From: Candidatus Latescibacterota bacterium
GTDB lineage: Bacteria; Latescibacterota; UBA2968
Assembly (NCBI GenBank): GCA_965198115.1
Contig: OZ240241.1
Coordinates: 2,016,001 to 2,080,000, forward strand
Length of the DNA stretch: 64,000 nt
Direction of reading: 5' to 3'
Position 1 is the stretch's first letter. The number at the start of each line of letters is the position of its first letter. The notes under the pieces were generated by a model. It ran no database searches. It worked only from the letters and a program-made list of their open reading frames with translations, and was not told the origin of the DNA. Below, one piece after another: positions 19,239 through 29,195 of this stretch. The position numbers and the translations under genes are program-made.

Positions 19239-20105
19239 CTACCTCAGAATCTCCTCCAAATTGGCTTTGGCCTCGAGCAACCCTTCCTGGTTCAGGGCTG
19301 TACTGCCTCCATACCGACCATCCTCGAGCTCGATCGCGAGCGGCCCGTCGTAGCCGAATTCTTCAAGGCGTGCGACAACCCAATACCAGTTCACGTCTCC
19401 CCATCCCGGCACACAATAGCGCCACCACCCCTCGCCGTGGCTGTAGCGTCTACCGAACGACTGGCCCAGACAGCCGTACTCATACAGCCCGTCTTCCAGA
19501 ATCTCCGTGTCTTTGGCGTGGACGTGTCTGACGCGATCCCCGAACTCGACGAGCAGACGCTGGTAATCGACGCCGATACGCACGAAGTGGGACGGATCGT
19601 AGCAGATTCCGAGGTGGGGCGATGGGACCGCACCGAACACGGCGCGGAGCGTCTCTGGCGTGCACCCGAGGTTGGGATACGCCGGCCCCGGACCCGGGAA
19701 GGGCTCGATCGCAAGGTGCACCCCGACCTTTTCCGCCTCTTTGACGATGCCGGGATAGACCCTTTTGAACACCTTGAATGTCTCTGCCCTCGGCTGAAGT
19801 CGATCGTCCGGTGTCAGACAGACGAATACCACCGACCCTCCGATCTTGGCCGTCTCTCGAATGCGTCTTTTGGTGTCGGCCACACCCTTTCTCCGCCTCT
19901 TGGCATCCGTCGACAGCACATTGCCCCCCGCGCCCCAATCGACAGTGCCCAGGCCGATGCCGACTTCGTCACACACCTTTTTATGGGCGGGCGTCGCGTC
20001 GGGCAGATCGACCGACCCGAAACCGTTCTCCGCAGCCCATCTGATCGTGCCATCGATCCCCATGTCGAGACTCATGGGCGGCATCCGCATACCGACGTGC
20101 ATCAC
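19239..20105 (-). CDS. Sugar phosphate isomerase/epimerase (xylose isomerase-like TIM barrel)
   Basis: AIEP, YDPSH, HVHAKD, PGWGDVNW and GYDGPLAIELED motifs. Confidence 0.9.
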   Translation of the reverse strand: MMHVGMRMPPMSLDMGIDGTIRWAAENGFGSVDLPDATPAHKKVCDEVGIGLGTVDWGAGGNVLSTDAKRRRKGVADTKRRIRETAKIGGSVVFVCLTPDDRLQPRAETFKVFKRVYPGIVKEAEKVGVHLAIEPFPGPGPAYPNLGCTPETLRAVFGAVPSPHLGICYDPSHFVRIGVDYQRLLVEFGDRVRHVHAKDTEILEDGLYEYGCLGQSFGRRYSHGEGWWRYCVPGWGDVNWYWVVARLEEFGYDGPLAIELEDGRYGGSTALNQEGLLEAKANLEEILR

Positions 20106-20234
20106 AGCCTCCTTGTCATTCGATCGTCGTCCACAGCCGACGCAACGGTACCCGCACCCCTGGCCGAGGTCAAGCGCGAATGGCTGGATGACCGGTTGCC
20201 CGACGCTCTCGGGCGTACTATCCTACGTTTCACG

Positions 20235-20966
20235 ATGGACGCCAACCTGGACATAGACGCGTACGAAACCGCCGTTGCCGCCCTCCACCCGGACGGGCCG
20301 GACACGCATCTCTTTCTCCCGGTAAACGCGGGGACGAACGGGCGCGCCATCCTCCTGCTCGACGCTTCGTTCAACCCTCCCACGGTCGCTCACTGGACAA
20401 TGGTCGAACGAGGGTGCGCCGCCCTGCACACATCCGGCGCCGCACTCGTGCTCTCCTCCTCCAACGTCGACAAACAGGTCTTTGGCGCCACGCTCGGACA
20501 GCGCATTGCCATGATGGTCGCGCTCGCCAGCACGAGGCCCGACACCACCGTCGCCGCCTGCTGCTACGCGCGATTCGTCGACAAGGCCACGGCCCTCGCC
20601 CGCTTGTTTCCGAGCAGAAAGCTAGTGTTCGCCATCGGCTACGACACGTTGATCCGGCTGTTCGACGAACGCTACTACGATCGGATGGACCACGACCTCG
20701 AAAGACTGTTCGCGACCGCCACCGTCATCGTCGCCAATCGCGACACCGGCGATCTGGACCAGATTGACCGTTTTCTCGACCATCCTTCGCGGCAACCCTA
20801 TCGGGACTCGATCCAGCGCCTCTCTCTACCCCCGGCAATGAGCTCCATCTCGTCGTCTGAGATCCGAGCTCGCGTCCCCGGTGGCCAAACCCTGAGTGGT
20901 CTCGTTCCCCCACCCGTCGACGACTTCATCCAGCGCCACGGCCTGTATAGCGAAACCCCCCAGTAG
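20235..20966 (+). CDS. Nicotinamide/nicotinate-nucleotide adenylyltransferase, NadD/Pof1-like
   Basis: DASFNPPTVAH, FVDK, GYDTLIRLFD..YY, ISSSEIR and V.DFI..HGLY. The long 19215 ORF is an artefact; real start is near 20235. Confidence 0.85.
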   Translation: MDANLDIDAYETAVAALHPDGPDTHLFLPVNAGTNGRAILLLDASFNPPTVAHWTMVERGCAALHTSGAALVLSSSNVDKQVFGATLGQRIAMMVALASTRPDTTVAACCYARFVDKATALARLFPSRKLVFAIGYDTLIRLFDERYYDRMDHDLERLFATATVIVANRDTGDLDQIDRFLDHPSRQPYRDSIQRLSLPPAMSSISSSEIRARVPGGQTLSGLVPPPVDDFIQRHGLYSETPQ

Positions 20967-21011
20967 CCTGTCTACCGGGGGGCTCGATGAGATATCCTGC
21001 GGAACAAAGTC

Positions 21012-21458
21012 TCAGCCCGCAGCACGATCCTCCTGCGCTGCCACAATCATATCGAGCGCGGCCAGATACCCGCGCCACCGGAAGCCCGCGATCTGTCCGA
21101 TGGCAATGGCTGTGAAGCAGGAATGGTGGCGGAACGCCTCGCGGGAGTGAATGTTCGAGAGATGGACTTCCGCGAACGGCAGACCGCTGTCTTCAAGCGC
21201 GTCTCTGAGCGAGTAGCCGTTTCCCGTGAGGCCGGCGGGATTGATGATGATGGCGGCCACTTCGTCCCGCGCCTCCTGCACGCGGTCGACGAGCGCACCC
21301 TCGTGGTTGGACTGGAAGAAAGAAACCTCGCACCCCAGGTCGCTCGCTCGTTCGGCAATCCGCTCGTGAATCTCCTCCATCGTCATCGCGCCGTAGTGCG
21401 CCTCCTTGCGCTTCCCCAGCATGTTGATGTTTGGGCCCTGCAAGACCAGAATCTTCAC
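21012..21458 (-). CDS. aroQ: Type II 3-dehydroquinate dehydratase
   Basis: ILVLQGPNINMLGKR, QSNHEG and EVHLSNIHSREAFRH motifs. Confidence 0.96.
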   Translation of the reverse strand: MKILVLQGPNINMLGKRKEAHYGAMTMEEIHERIAERASDLGCEVSFFQSNHEGALVDRVQEARDEVAAIIINPAGLTGNGYSLRDALEDSGLPFAEVHLSNIHSREAFRHHSCFTAIAIGQIAGFRWRGYLAALDMIVAAQEDRAAG

Positions 21459-21471
21459 GCTTCCTCCAGAT

Positions 21472-22338
21472 CTACCCAACAGCGGTCGGCTCCAGCAATA
21501 GCCCAAGGAGGTGGGACAACCTCTGCTTCATTTCGGTCCTGGGCACGACCATGTCGACAAAGCCGTGCTCCAGCACCTTCTCCGCTCGCTGGGCCTGTCG
21601 GAGTGCCTCGAGCTCCTCTTCGCCGACCGAACTCCCCGTAATGCGCTCCCCCGTGAAGCCGATCAGCGCGTTGGGTTCGGCGATGTTGATGTCCCCGAGG
21701 AGCGCGTAACTCGCGCTCACGCCGGCTGTCGTGGGATCGGTCAGGACGGAAATGAACGGAAGGCCGGCATCGGCCAGTCCGGTGAGCTTCGCGTTGATCT
21801 TTGCGAGTTGCATGAGCGCGAGGGCGCTCTCCTGCATTCGGGCACCGCCCGAACGACAGATCATGATCAGGGGGAGCCCGTCGGCAATGCAGCGGTCGAT
21901 CAGTCGGGATATCCGCTCCCCCTCGGCGGAACCCAGTGAGCCCCCGATGAAGCCGAATTCGTGGATGCCCACACCCACGTCGCGGCCGTCGATCCGCCCG
22001 ACACCCACACACACCGCGGCCTGCATCCCCGTTCGCTTTCCGTATTCCTTGATCCGATCTCCATACTTGATTCGGTCCTCGAACCCGAGGGCGTCCGTCG
22101 ACCGAACATTCGCCGCGATCTCCTCGAAACTCTCAGCGTCGAGGATCACGTCCAGGAACTGTCTGTGGTGCACCCGGAAGTGGTGGCCGCAATTCGGACA
22201 GATCCCCGCATTCGCCTGGAGATGTTTGCGGAGAGCCATCTGGTGGCATCGCTCGCATTTGACGTAGAGATTATCGGGCATCCCCCGCCGTACGACCGTC
22301 TGGATACCCGATTTGAGTCTCTCGAACCAGTTCATCAC
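21472..22338 (-). CDS. accD: Acetyl-CoA carboxylase carboxyltransferase beta subunit
   Basis: C4 zinc finger, GGSLGS..GE, SGGARMQE and DPTTAGVSAS motifs. Confidence 0.96.
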   Translation of the reverse strand: MMNWFERLKSGIQTVVRRGMPDNLYVKCERCHQMALRKHLQANAGICPNCGHHFRVHHRQFLDVILDAESFEEIAANVRSTDALGFEDRIKYGDRIKEYGKRTGMQAAVCVGVGRIDGRDVGVGIHEFGFIGGSLGSAEGERISRLIDRCIADGLPLIMICRSGGARMQESALALMQLAKINAKLTGLADAGLPFISVLTDPTTAGVSASYALLGDINIAEPNALIGFTGERITGSSVGEEELEALRQAQRAEKVLEHGFVDMVVPRTEMKQRLSHLLGLLLEPTAVG

Positions 22339-22577
22339 GTCTCCTGGCGACGTTGTTTCGGAGATCTTTGTAGCAGAATGGGCGAAATATAGGCCCTCGC
22401 GATGGCCCGAACAAGCCTGATGTCCCGTTTCGAATCGAGCTATTCGGCTATCTAATTCTCATCCTCGAATACGAATACCATAAAACCGAATAAAAACAGT
22501 AATTTAGAGCCTATCACCTGAATACTTCTCTTTGGATTCTCCAAGCACCATTCTTAAAGGAAACTCCAGTTTTACTA

Positions 22578-22606
22578 TTGACTCGGTTTCGGGTTACTTA
22601 TAGATT
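22578..22606 (+). promoter_or_regulatory. Putative sigma70 promoter of the LysR gene
   Basis: TTGACT-N17-TAGATT in an AT-rich intergenic region. Confidence 0.55.
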
Positions 22607-22699
22607 TAAAGCTCGTCGTTTCAGGCTGCTTATATTCCCTCGGCGCACTGTCCTGGTCGGGGCCCATTAACCACCAGCCTCAGATACGGAGAAACCCGC

Positions 22700-23617
22700 G
22701 TGCTCGTCGAAAGCCTCAAAGTTTTCTGCGATCTGGTCGAAACACAGAGTTTCTCGAAGACCGCCGTCCTCAATTCGGTCACGCAATCGGCCGTCAGCCA
22801 ACAGCTCAAAAGCATAGAAAAGCGTCAAGGCAAACAACTGCTCGAGCGCGAAAAACGGCGTCTCACCCTCACGGCCGAGGGTGAGATTTTCTACCGCTAC
22901 GCAAGGGAGATCGTCAGGCGATTCGAGGAGATGCAGCATCGTATTCAGGCGCTGGGAGGCATCGTCTCGGGCACGGTCCGGCTGGCCGCCATCTACAGCG
23001 TGGGCATGCTCGAGCTGGCCCCCCACCTGAAGGCCTACATCAAAGCCTTTCCCAAGGTGAATCTGAGGCTCCAGTACGATCAACCCCAGAAGATCTACGA
23101 CGATGTGGCCAGCAGCGAGATCGACCTGGGCATCGTCGCCTACCCCCGTGCTCAACGCAACGTCGAGGTGCTCCCGTTTACCGAGGATACGATGGTCGTG
23201 GCGTGCAACCCGGATAACGAACTGGCCAAAAAGACCCGTCTCGCGCCGCGCGACCTGGACGGACGCCCGCTGATTCTGTTTACACCCGAAACACCCACCC
23301 GGCGTGCCATCGACCGCTATCTACGCAAACACGGCGTGAAACCGAACGTGGTCATGGAACTCGACCACATCGCGACGATCAAACACGCCGTCGAAGTCGA
23401 TATTGGCGTATCGATCATACCCAATCTATCCGTCGACTACGAAAGATCCTGGGGTACGCTCACAACCGTCAACTTCGAGGGCGATGCTTTCGGTCGACCT
23501 GTCGGTATCCTCTATCGAAAGGGACGCAGCTTCAGTCTGGCCACACAGAAACTGGTGGAGGTCCTTTCCGAGAGCAGACAGAGCCAAGCGACCGAGAAGG
23601 TGGAGGTAGAGGCCTGA
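22700..23617 (+). CDS. LysR-family transcriptional regulator
   Basis: SFSKTA...VTQSAVSQQLKSIE HTH and LysR substrate-binding domain. Confidence 0.95.
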   Translation: MLVESLKVFCDLVETQSFSKTAVLNSVTQSAVSQQLKSIEKRQGKQLLEREKRRLTLTAEGEIFYRYAREIVRRFEEMQHRIQALGGIVSGTVRLAAIYSVGMLELAPHLKAYIKAFPKVNLRLQYDQPQKIYDDVASSEIDLGIVAYPRAQRNVEVLPFTEDTMVVACNPDNELAKKTRLAPRDLDGRPLILFTPETPTRRAIDRYLRKHGVKPNVVMELDHIATIKHAVEVDIGVSIIPNLSVDYERSWGTLTTVNFEGDAFGRPVGILYRKGRSFSLATQKLVEVLSESRQSQATEKVEVEA

Positions 23618-23701
23618 GCGTCTGAAACGAAACGCGCATTCGGGCGTTAGCAGACGACCCAGACACTCGTCGCCGGGGACCCGAATCACCGGAAAACACC
23701 G

Positions 23702-25606
23702 ATGTCGCGTCCTTTCCTTCCGATCCTTGTTGTGATCCTCCTCATTGGGCTCTGCACGGGCATATCCGCGCAGAGCCCTGCTCATTTCACCGTCTCGGCA
23801 ACACGCGACGACATTCGTCGGGGCGAGGTCTTCGGCGTCGAAATCGCCGTCACGCTCGAAGACGACTGGCACATCTACGCTCCCACGACCCCGCCTGGCG
23901 GCCCCATTCCCACCGAAATCGACGTGGACTCGTCGGGATCGTTCGTCCGCGTGGGGAAGATTCTTCAGCCCCCACCCGTTGCCGCCCACGATCCGAATTT
24001 CGATCTACGTGTCGAATACTACGGAAAGGCCACCACGTTCACCGCCCAGGTGCGTGTCGATTCCGCCGCAGCGGTCGGTTCCGAGCAACTGCTCGGGTCG
24101 ATCACCTACATGTTGTGCAACGAGAACGCCTGTCTGCCGCCCGTGACATACGACTTCTCCGTTCCTGTGAATATCGGTGCAGGGCCCGCCAGACAGACCT
24201 TCGCAACTCCAGTTGTTCTCGGCAGGTCTGCCCTTCCGATTTTCGACGGAACGGGGAGCACGGCGGATGTGGATCGGGCGATCACCACCGGCTTTGGCGC
24301 CTTCCTGTATCTTTCGATCAGCATGGGGTTTCTCGCACTCCTCACACCGTGCGTTTTCCCCATGGTCCCCATCACGGTCTCCTTCTTCACCAAACAGGGT
24401 GAGACCGGGACGCAACGCGCCACCGATCGGGTGGGGCGATCCCTTCTCTACTGTGTAGGAATCGTTCTGACCTTCACGAGCCTGGGCATTCTCCTGGCCT
24501 CGACGATCGGCGCAGCGGGCGCTGCGTTGTTCGCGGCGAATCCCTGGGTCAACATCCTGATCGCCCTGCTCTTCGTGATCTTCGCGCTCAGCCTCTTCGG
24601 GTTGTTCGAGATCCAGCTCCCCTCCTCACTCGTAAACCGGCTGAACCGGTCACAGGCAGGTGGCCACGCGGGCATTCTGCTTATGGGGCTGACGTTCTCG
24701 GTCACCTCTTTCACCTGCACGGCTCCCTTCGTAGGCACGCTCCTGGTTCTGACGACGCAGGGGACGTGGATGTGGCCGATCGCCGGCATGCTCGCCTTCT
24801 CCACGGCATTCGCCCTGCCTTTTTTCTTTCTGTCCCTCTTTCCTCAGAGCCTGAACGCACTCCCGAAGAGTGGGGGCTGGCTGAATTCCGTCAAGGTCGT
24901 CATGGGTTTTCTCGAACTCGCCGCCGCCCTCAAATTCGTGAGCAACGTCGACCTCGTCTGGAACTGGGGGATCCTGTCCCGGGAAGTGTTCCTCGCAATC
25001 TGGACCGCGCTGTTCGTCGTCTGCGCCATCTACCTGCTCGGAAAGATCAGGTTGCCTCACGACACGGTTGTCGAGTCGATCGGCCCTGCCCGCCTGATGA
25101 GCAGCGTCGCGTGCTTCGCCTTCAGCCTTTTCCTGGTGACCGGTCTTTTCGGCGCCCCCCTTGGCGAACTCGACGCCTTCTTCCCCCCGTACAGCCAGTC
25201 CGGCCCGGCTTCATCCCAACGGGCCGAAGAACTGCCGTGGCTGGAGGATTTCGAGACTGCCCTCGCGACGGCTCGGGAAGAGCAGAAGCTCGTGTTCGTC
25301 GATTTTACAGGCTATGCGTGTACGAATTGCAGGTGGATGGAAGCCAACGTCTTCTCCCGGCCCGACATTCGTCAAACGCTGGAGAGGTACGTGCGTGTCC
25401 AGCTCTACACGGACGGACAGGGGGAACGCTACGAACGAAACCGGGCGCTTCAGCAGGATCGGTTCGGAACGGTCGCCCTTCCCTTTTATGCCGTGCTCTC
25501 TGGAACGGGAGAAGAGGTGTTGAGGTTTCCGGGCATGACCCGCGACATCGATCGTTTTCGTCAGTTCCTCGAGCACGCCCTGAACACCCACCTGACGACC
25601 CTTTGA
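23702..25606 (+). CDS. dsbD: Protein-disulfide reductase DsbD family (N-terminal Ig-like, TM, thioredoxin)
   Basis: WHIY, CNENAC.PP, LLTPCVFPMVP, SFTCTAP, PKSGGWL and DFTGYACTNCRWME motifs. Confidence 0.92.
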   Translation: MSRPFLPILVVILLIGLCTGISAQSPAHFTVSATRDDIRRGEVFGVEIAVTLEDDWHIYAPTTPPGGPIPTEIDVDSSGSFVRVGKILQPPPVAAHDPNFDLRVEYYGKATTFTAQVRVDSAAAVGSEQLLGSITYMLCNENACLPPVTYDFSVPVNIGAGPARQTFATPVVLGRSALPIFDGTGSTADVDRAITTGFGAFLYLSISMGFLALLTPCVFPMVPITVSFFTKQGETGTQRATDRVGRSLLYCVGIVLTFTSLGILLASTIGAAGAALFAANPWVNILIALLFVIFALSLFGLFEIQLPSSLVNRLNRSQAGGHAGILLMGLTFSVTSFTCTAPFVGTLLVLTTQGTWMWPIAGMLAFSTAFALPFFFLSLFPQSLNALPKSGGWLNSVKVVMGFLELAAALKFVSNVDLVWNWGILSREVFLAIWTALFVVCAIYLLGKIRLPHDTVVESIGPARLMSSVACFAFSLFLVTGLFGAPLGELDAFFPPYSQSGPASSQRAEELPWLEDFETALATAREEQKLVFVDFTGYACTNCRWMEANVFSRPDIRQTLERYVRVQLYTDGQGERYERNRALQQDRFGTVALPFYAVLSGTGEEVLRFPGMTRDIDRFRQFLEHALNTHLTTL

Positions 25607-25618
25607 AAAGACTTTCCC

Positions 25619-27859
25619 GTGCGGCGATGCTTCCTCATTACTCTGTTCACGCTCATACTCGTCGACAGCCCGGCCGCTGAGTGGGCCTGGCAGGTGGGTG
25701 ACGTCGTCGAGTACGATGCCGCCAACACGTCCGGCTCGATTCAAGAGCGTGTGCAACAAGCCACCGAATCAAACCTGGATTGGGTCGTCCTGGCACCCCC
25801 TCCCGAATCCGGTCTGTTCGTCGGTCTCTCTCACGTCCTGCAGGAAGCCGAGCTCAGCGTCCCACGTCTGACGCCCATCGTAGGGACAGGATGGGCGTCG
25901 GGCACGACTCGGGGTGTGGTATTCGGCATCGATCCCAGAACCCCGGTGCCCGGATCCCTGGATCGTCTTCTCACGGTGGTGGAAGCACAGCGGGGTGTCC
26001 TACAGCTCGACCCGACCGGTGAATCGGAAGAACCCCCACCTGTCGTGACAGCCGTGCGAGACGGCAAGTGGGCCCCACTCGTTGAACCCGGTGGGGCGTG
26101 GGATGACTTCCTCGAGACCGGGACGCGGGTTTTCATCGCGGGCTCGAGTGCGCAAACACCAGCAGGTCGAACCCACCGCACCTACGTCAAAGCCCGATCG
26201 AACGAAGTGGAGTCGATCATCACGGCCCTGCGTAACGGCCGGTCCTTCGTAGCGGAAAGGGATGGGATCCGTGTCGACTTCGAGGTGCAAGGCCGATCTT
26301 TTGGAGAAACCGCTTTTTTCCAAGGCGAGGCCTATGTTCGCATCGGAGCCCACGCCCGTGATCCGATCTCCCGTGTCACGCTCATCGCCGATGGTGAGGT
26401 CGTTTGGACAACACGCCCCGACACCACCGTCTGGAGCGAGCGGTTCTTCCTCCCCCTCCATCACCACAGCTATGTGTGGCCGGTGCTCGAGAGCGAGTCG
26501 GGCGACTACCGAACGCTCGGAAACCCGGTCTTTCTGATTCCCGATCGGTTGCAGGGGAGTGGTGAAGTCCCCTACGAGGATCCTTCCGACGCGGATGACG
26601 CTTCGTTCATCGAGGTGAGCGGCACGATCGAGGCCTCGGCCCGGCTATCCGAGGGGGCCCAGAAACGCATCCTCGCTGAATTCCTGTCGAATGCCGAAAC
26701 ACGCTACCCCACCGTCTGGCTGCTGCAGAATCGAAACGACCTCATCGGGGACGACACATTACTCGATCTGACCGCAGACGTGAACGCGTACGTCCGGCTG
26801 GGCGCAGCCTACGCACTTCTATCCCGAGGAAACGCGGCACCTCTTGCAACCATGCTCCGTGACGAAGCCCTCCCGGCTCGGGCCTACGCAGGACGCATGA
26901 CCGCCCAATACACAGAAGGATTCGGAGAAGAAGACTGGCCCCCGCTGCAGGGAGAGGATCCAATCGTCGTTTCGTATCTCATTCGAGCCTATCGCCCCGT
27001 ACGTCACCACCCTGAACACATTGCACGGCTGATCGGCCTCCTCGACCGGAAGGCTACGGTCGTTTCCTCGGCAGCCGCAGACAAAGTCGTGACGCTCGGA
27101 GCTCGGAACTATCGCGTCATCTCCGTCTTGGTCGATTCTGCCCGTGCCGGTCACGCGAGGGCGATTGACGCGCTCGGCCTGATCGGGGACCATCGATCCG
27201 TCGCACCCCTCCTGGACATCTTTCGTCAGGCCTCCCACGGACCCCTAAAGAGAGCCACGTTCGACGCCCTCACCCGGATGAACGTCCCCTACCAGGATCG
27301 TCACGTCCTCGAAGTCCCGGAGTTGGAGTCACGCCCGACGATGGACGGTCACCTGGACTCGACGATCTCGGCAGTCATCGGACCGTTCGCCCAGGACAGC
27401 GATGCCCGGCCCCCGAGCGATCTCGTCGACAGCAGGGTGGGGCGGTATGACGACAGTCTATACGTTGGCATTCACACCGTACTCGGGAATGCCTCACGCA
27501 CAACGCTGTCGGCTACCGGCGGGGTCCACGATGACCACCGGATCGAGATCTCCCTGAGTTCGCCAGATGGTCGAGGACAACGACGATACGGGATCAACGC
27601 CCTCGGGCTCACCAACCACCCGGTTGCGCGCTGCCCCACCGGATCGCGCGTGCACGACGGCGGCTGGACGCTCGAAGCGCTCGTCCCATTGTCCGACCAA
27701 GCCCAAGAATCGGTGGTGCGCTTCAATCTCTACGTCGTATCTTCTGACGACCCGGCCAGTCGTCTTTCCTGGTCGGTGACCTACGGTGCCCCTCACGATA
27801 CCGACCGATACGGGGACCTGCGCTTCACCGGAACGAATCCTCCAGCCCGCGACGACTGA
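25619..27859 (+). CDS. Secreted multidomain hypothetical protein: degenerate PHP/CehA-like, HEAT repeats, CBM9-like domain
   Basis: Signal peptide; RTYV.A...ITALRNGRSFV and GNPVF; HEAT-like VRLGAAYAL and AIDALGLIGD; P.MDG.LD and WTLEALVPLS. Confidence 0.55.
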   Translation: MRRCFLITLFTLILVDSPAAEWAWQVGDVVEYDAANTSGSIQERVQQATESNLDWVVLAPPPESGLFVGLSHVLQEAELSVPRLTPIVGTGWASGTTRGVVFGIDPRTPVPGSLDRLLTVVEAQRGVLQLDPTGESEEPPPVVTAVRDGKWAPLVEPGGAWDDFLETGTRVFIAGSSAQTPAGRTHRTYVKARSNEVESIITALRNGRSFVAERDGIRVDFEVQGRSFGETAFFQGEAYVRIGAHARDPISRVTLIADGEVVWTTRPDTTVWSERFFLPLHHHSYVWPVLESESGDYRTLGNPVFLIPDRLQGSGEVPYEDPSDADDASFIEVSGTIEASARLSEGAQKRILAEFLSNAETRYPTVWLLQNRNDLIGDDTLLDLTADVNAYVRLGAAYALLSRGNAAPLATMLRDEALPARAYAGRMTAQYTEGFGEEDWPPLQGEDPIVVSYLIRAYRPVRHHPEHIARLIGLLDRKATVVSSAAADKVVTLGARNYRVISVLVDSARAGHARAIDALGLIGDHRSVAPLLDIFRQASHGPLKRATFDALTRMNVPYQDRHVLEVPELESRPTMDGHLDSTISAVIGPFAQDSDARPPSDLVDSRVGRYDDSLYVGIHTVLGNASRTTLSATGGVHDDHRIEISLSSPDGRGQRRYGINALGLTNHPVARCPTGSRVHDGGWTLEALVPLSDQAQESVVRFNLYVVSSDDPASRLSWSVTYGAPHDTDRYGDLRFTGTNPPARDD

Positions 27860-28462
27860 ATGCCCGAAATCCCACTGTTCCCGCTCGACATGGTTCTTCT
27901 TCCGTCGTGCCGCGTTCCTCTCCACATTTTCGAGGAACGATACAAGCTAATGGTGAACAGCTGTGTCGACACAGACTCTGAGTTCGGGATCGTCTGGGGG
28001 CAAGATGACGATCACAAGGATGTCGGCTGCGCGGCCAGAGTCGTCGATGTGGTCGACCGCTTCCCCGATGGACGCATGAACATTGTCGTTCAGGGTACGG
28101 AGCGCTTCCGTCTGATCGGCCGTCACGAGCAGGCTCCGTTCATCACGGGTAGCATCGAGTCCCTACCCGATCACGAGCACGAACCAGACACGACAATGGC
28201 CGAACGCGTGAGACAGCTGTATACCGAGGCGCTGAAATTTACGCTTGGCTGGTTCAGACCCGACGACACCGAACCGATCGACGCCCCCGCGTTGTCCTAC
28301 ACGGTCGCGGCCAGCCTTGGGCTCCCCCTCGAACGGCAGCAGCATTTACTGGAGACCCAGGACGTGAACGAGCGGCTCGAAGAAGTCCTCACGATGCTCG
28401 AGGCCACCCTCGCGGGGTTGCACGACGCACACAAGAAGACGAGCGGCAACGGTAAGGCCTGA
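27860..28462 (+). CDS. LON peptidase substrate-binding domain protein
   Basis: IPLFPL.MVLLP...VPLHIFEERYK.MV and DGRMNIVVQGTERFR motifs. Confidence 0.92.
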   Translation: MPEIPLFPLDMVLLPSCRVPLHIFEERYKLMVNSCVDTDSEFGIVWGQDDDHKDVGCAARVVDVVDRFPDGRMNIVVQGTERFRLIGRHEQAPFITGSIESLPDHEHEPDTTMAERVRQLYTEALKFTLGWFRPDDTEPIDAPALSYTVAASLGLPLERQQHLLETQDVNERLEEVLTMLEATLAGLHDAHKKTSGNGKA

Positions 28463-28471
28463 GGTACTCAA

Positions 28472-29028
28472 TTGGAACTGAACAGAGCAGAGGCCCTCGC
28501 GCTTCTGAGGACTCACACGAAGAACGAAAATCTGGTCAGGCACATGCTCGCCGTCGAAGCCGCCCTACGCGCGTACGCCCGGACATTCGAACAGGACGAA
28601 GAACTCTGGGGCATCACCGGTCTCTTGCACGACTTCGACTATGAAAATCACCCGACCGAAGACGAACACCCTATGGTCGGAATCCGCATCCTACAGGACT
28701 TGAACTACCCCGAGGACCTCCTCCACGCGATCAAAACCCACGTGCCCTACCTCGGTGTTCCCCGCGAAACCTGCTCGACAGAACCCTCTTCGCGTGCGAC
28801 GAATTGACCGGCTTCATCGTGGCCGTCGCGCTGATGCGGCCGTCGAAGTCGCTGTCGGACCTCAAGGTGTCTTCGGTCACGAAGAAGATGAAGCAGGTCG
28901 GCTTCGCCCGTGCGGTCAGTCGTGACGACATCCGGCTCGGGGCGGAGGAACTCGGCGTCGACCTCAACGATCACATCGGATTCGTCATCAAAGCCATGAA
29001 GGAAATCTCCGACGAACTCGGTCTGTAA
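28472..29028 (+). CDS. HDIG-domain phosphohydrolase, frameshift at ~28770
   Basis: LVRHMLAVE and GLLHDFDYE. Adding one C joins to LFACDELTGFIVAVAL.RP..FARAVSR. Confidence 0.85.
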
Positions 29029-29195
29029 CACCGTCCTCCCTCGCCTGCCTCCCGCGTCGAAACAACGCATTTGACTCGCCGTCAGGCCTTCGATTACATA
29101 GAATCGTCTTGACTTTAAAAACCACGCGGTCGATCATGATCCGTCATTTTGCCGCACCTGATCGACGTTCGATCAACGTTTGAGAGAAGGGTAGG

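Noticed and set aside
19215-20234. Long N-terminal extension on the adenylyltransferase
   Set aside because: It is antisense to the sugar isomerase gene; motifs begin only after ~20235
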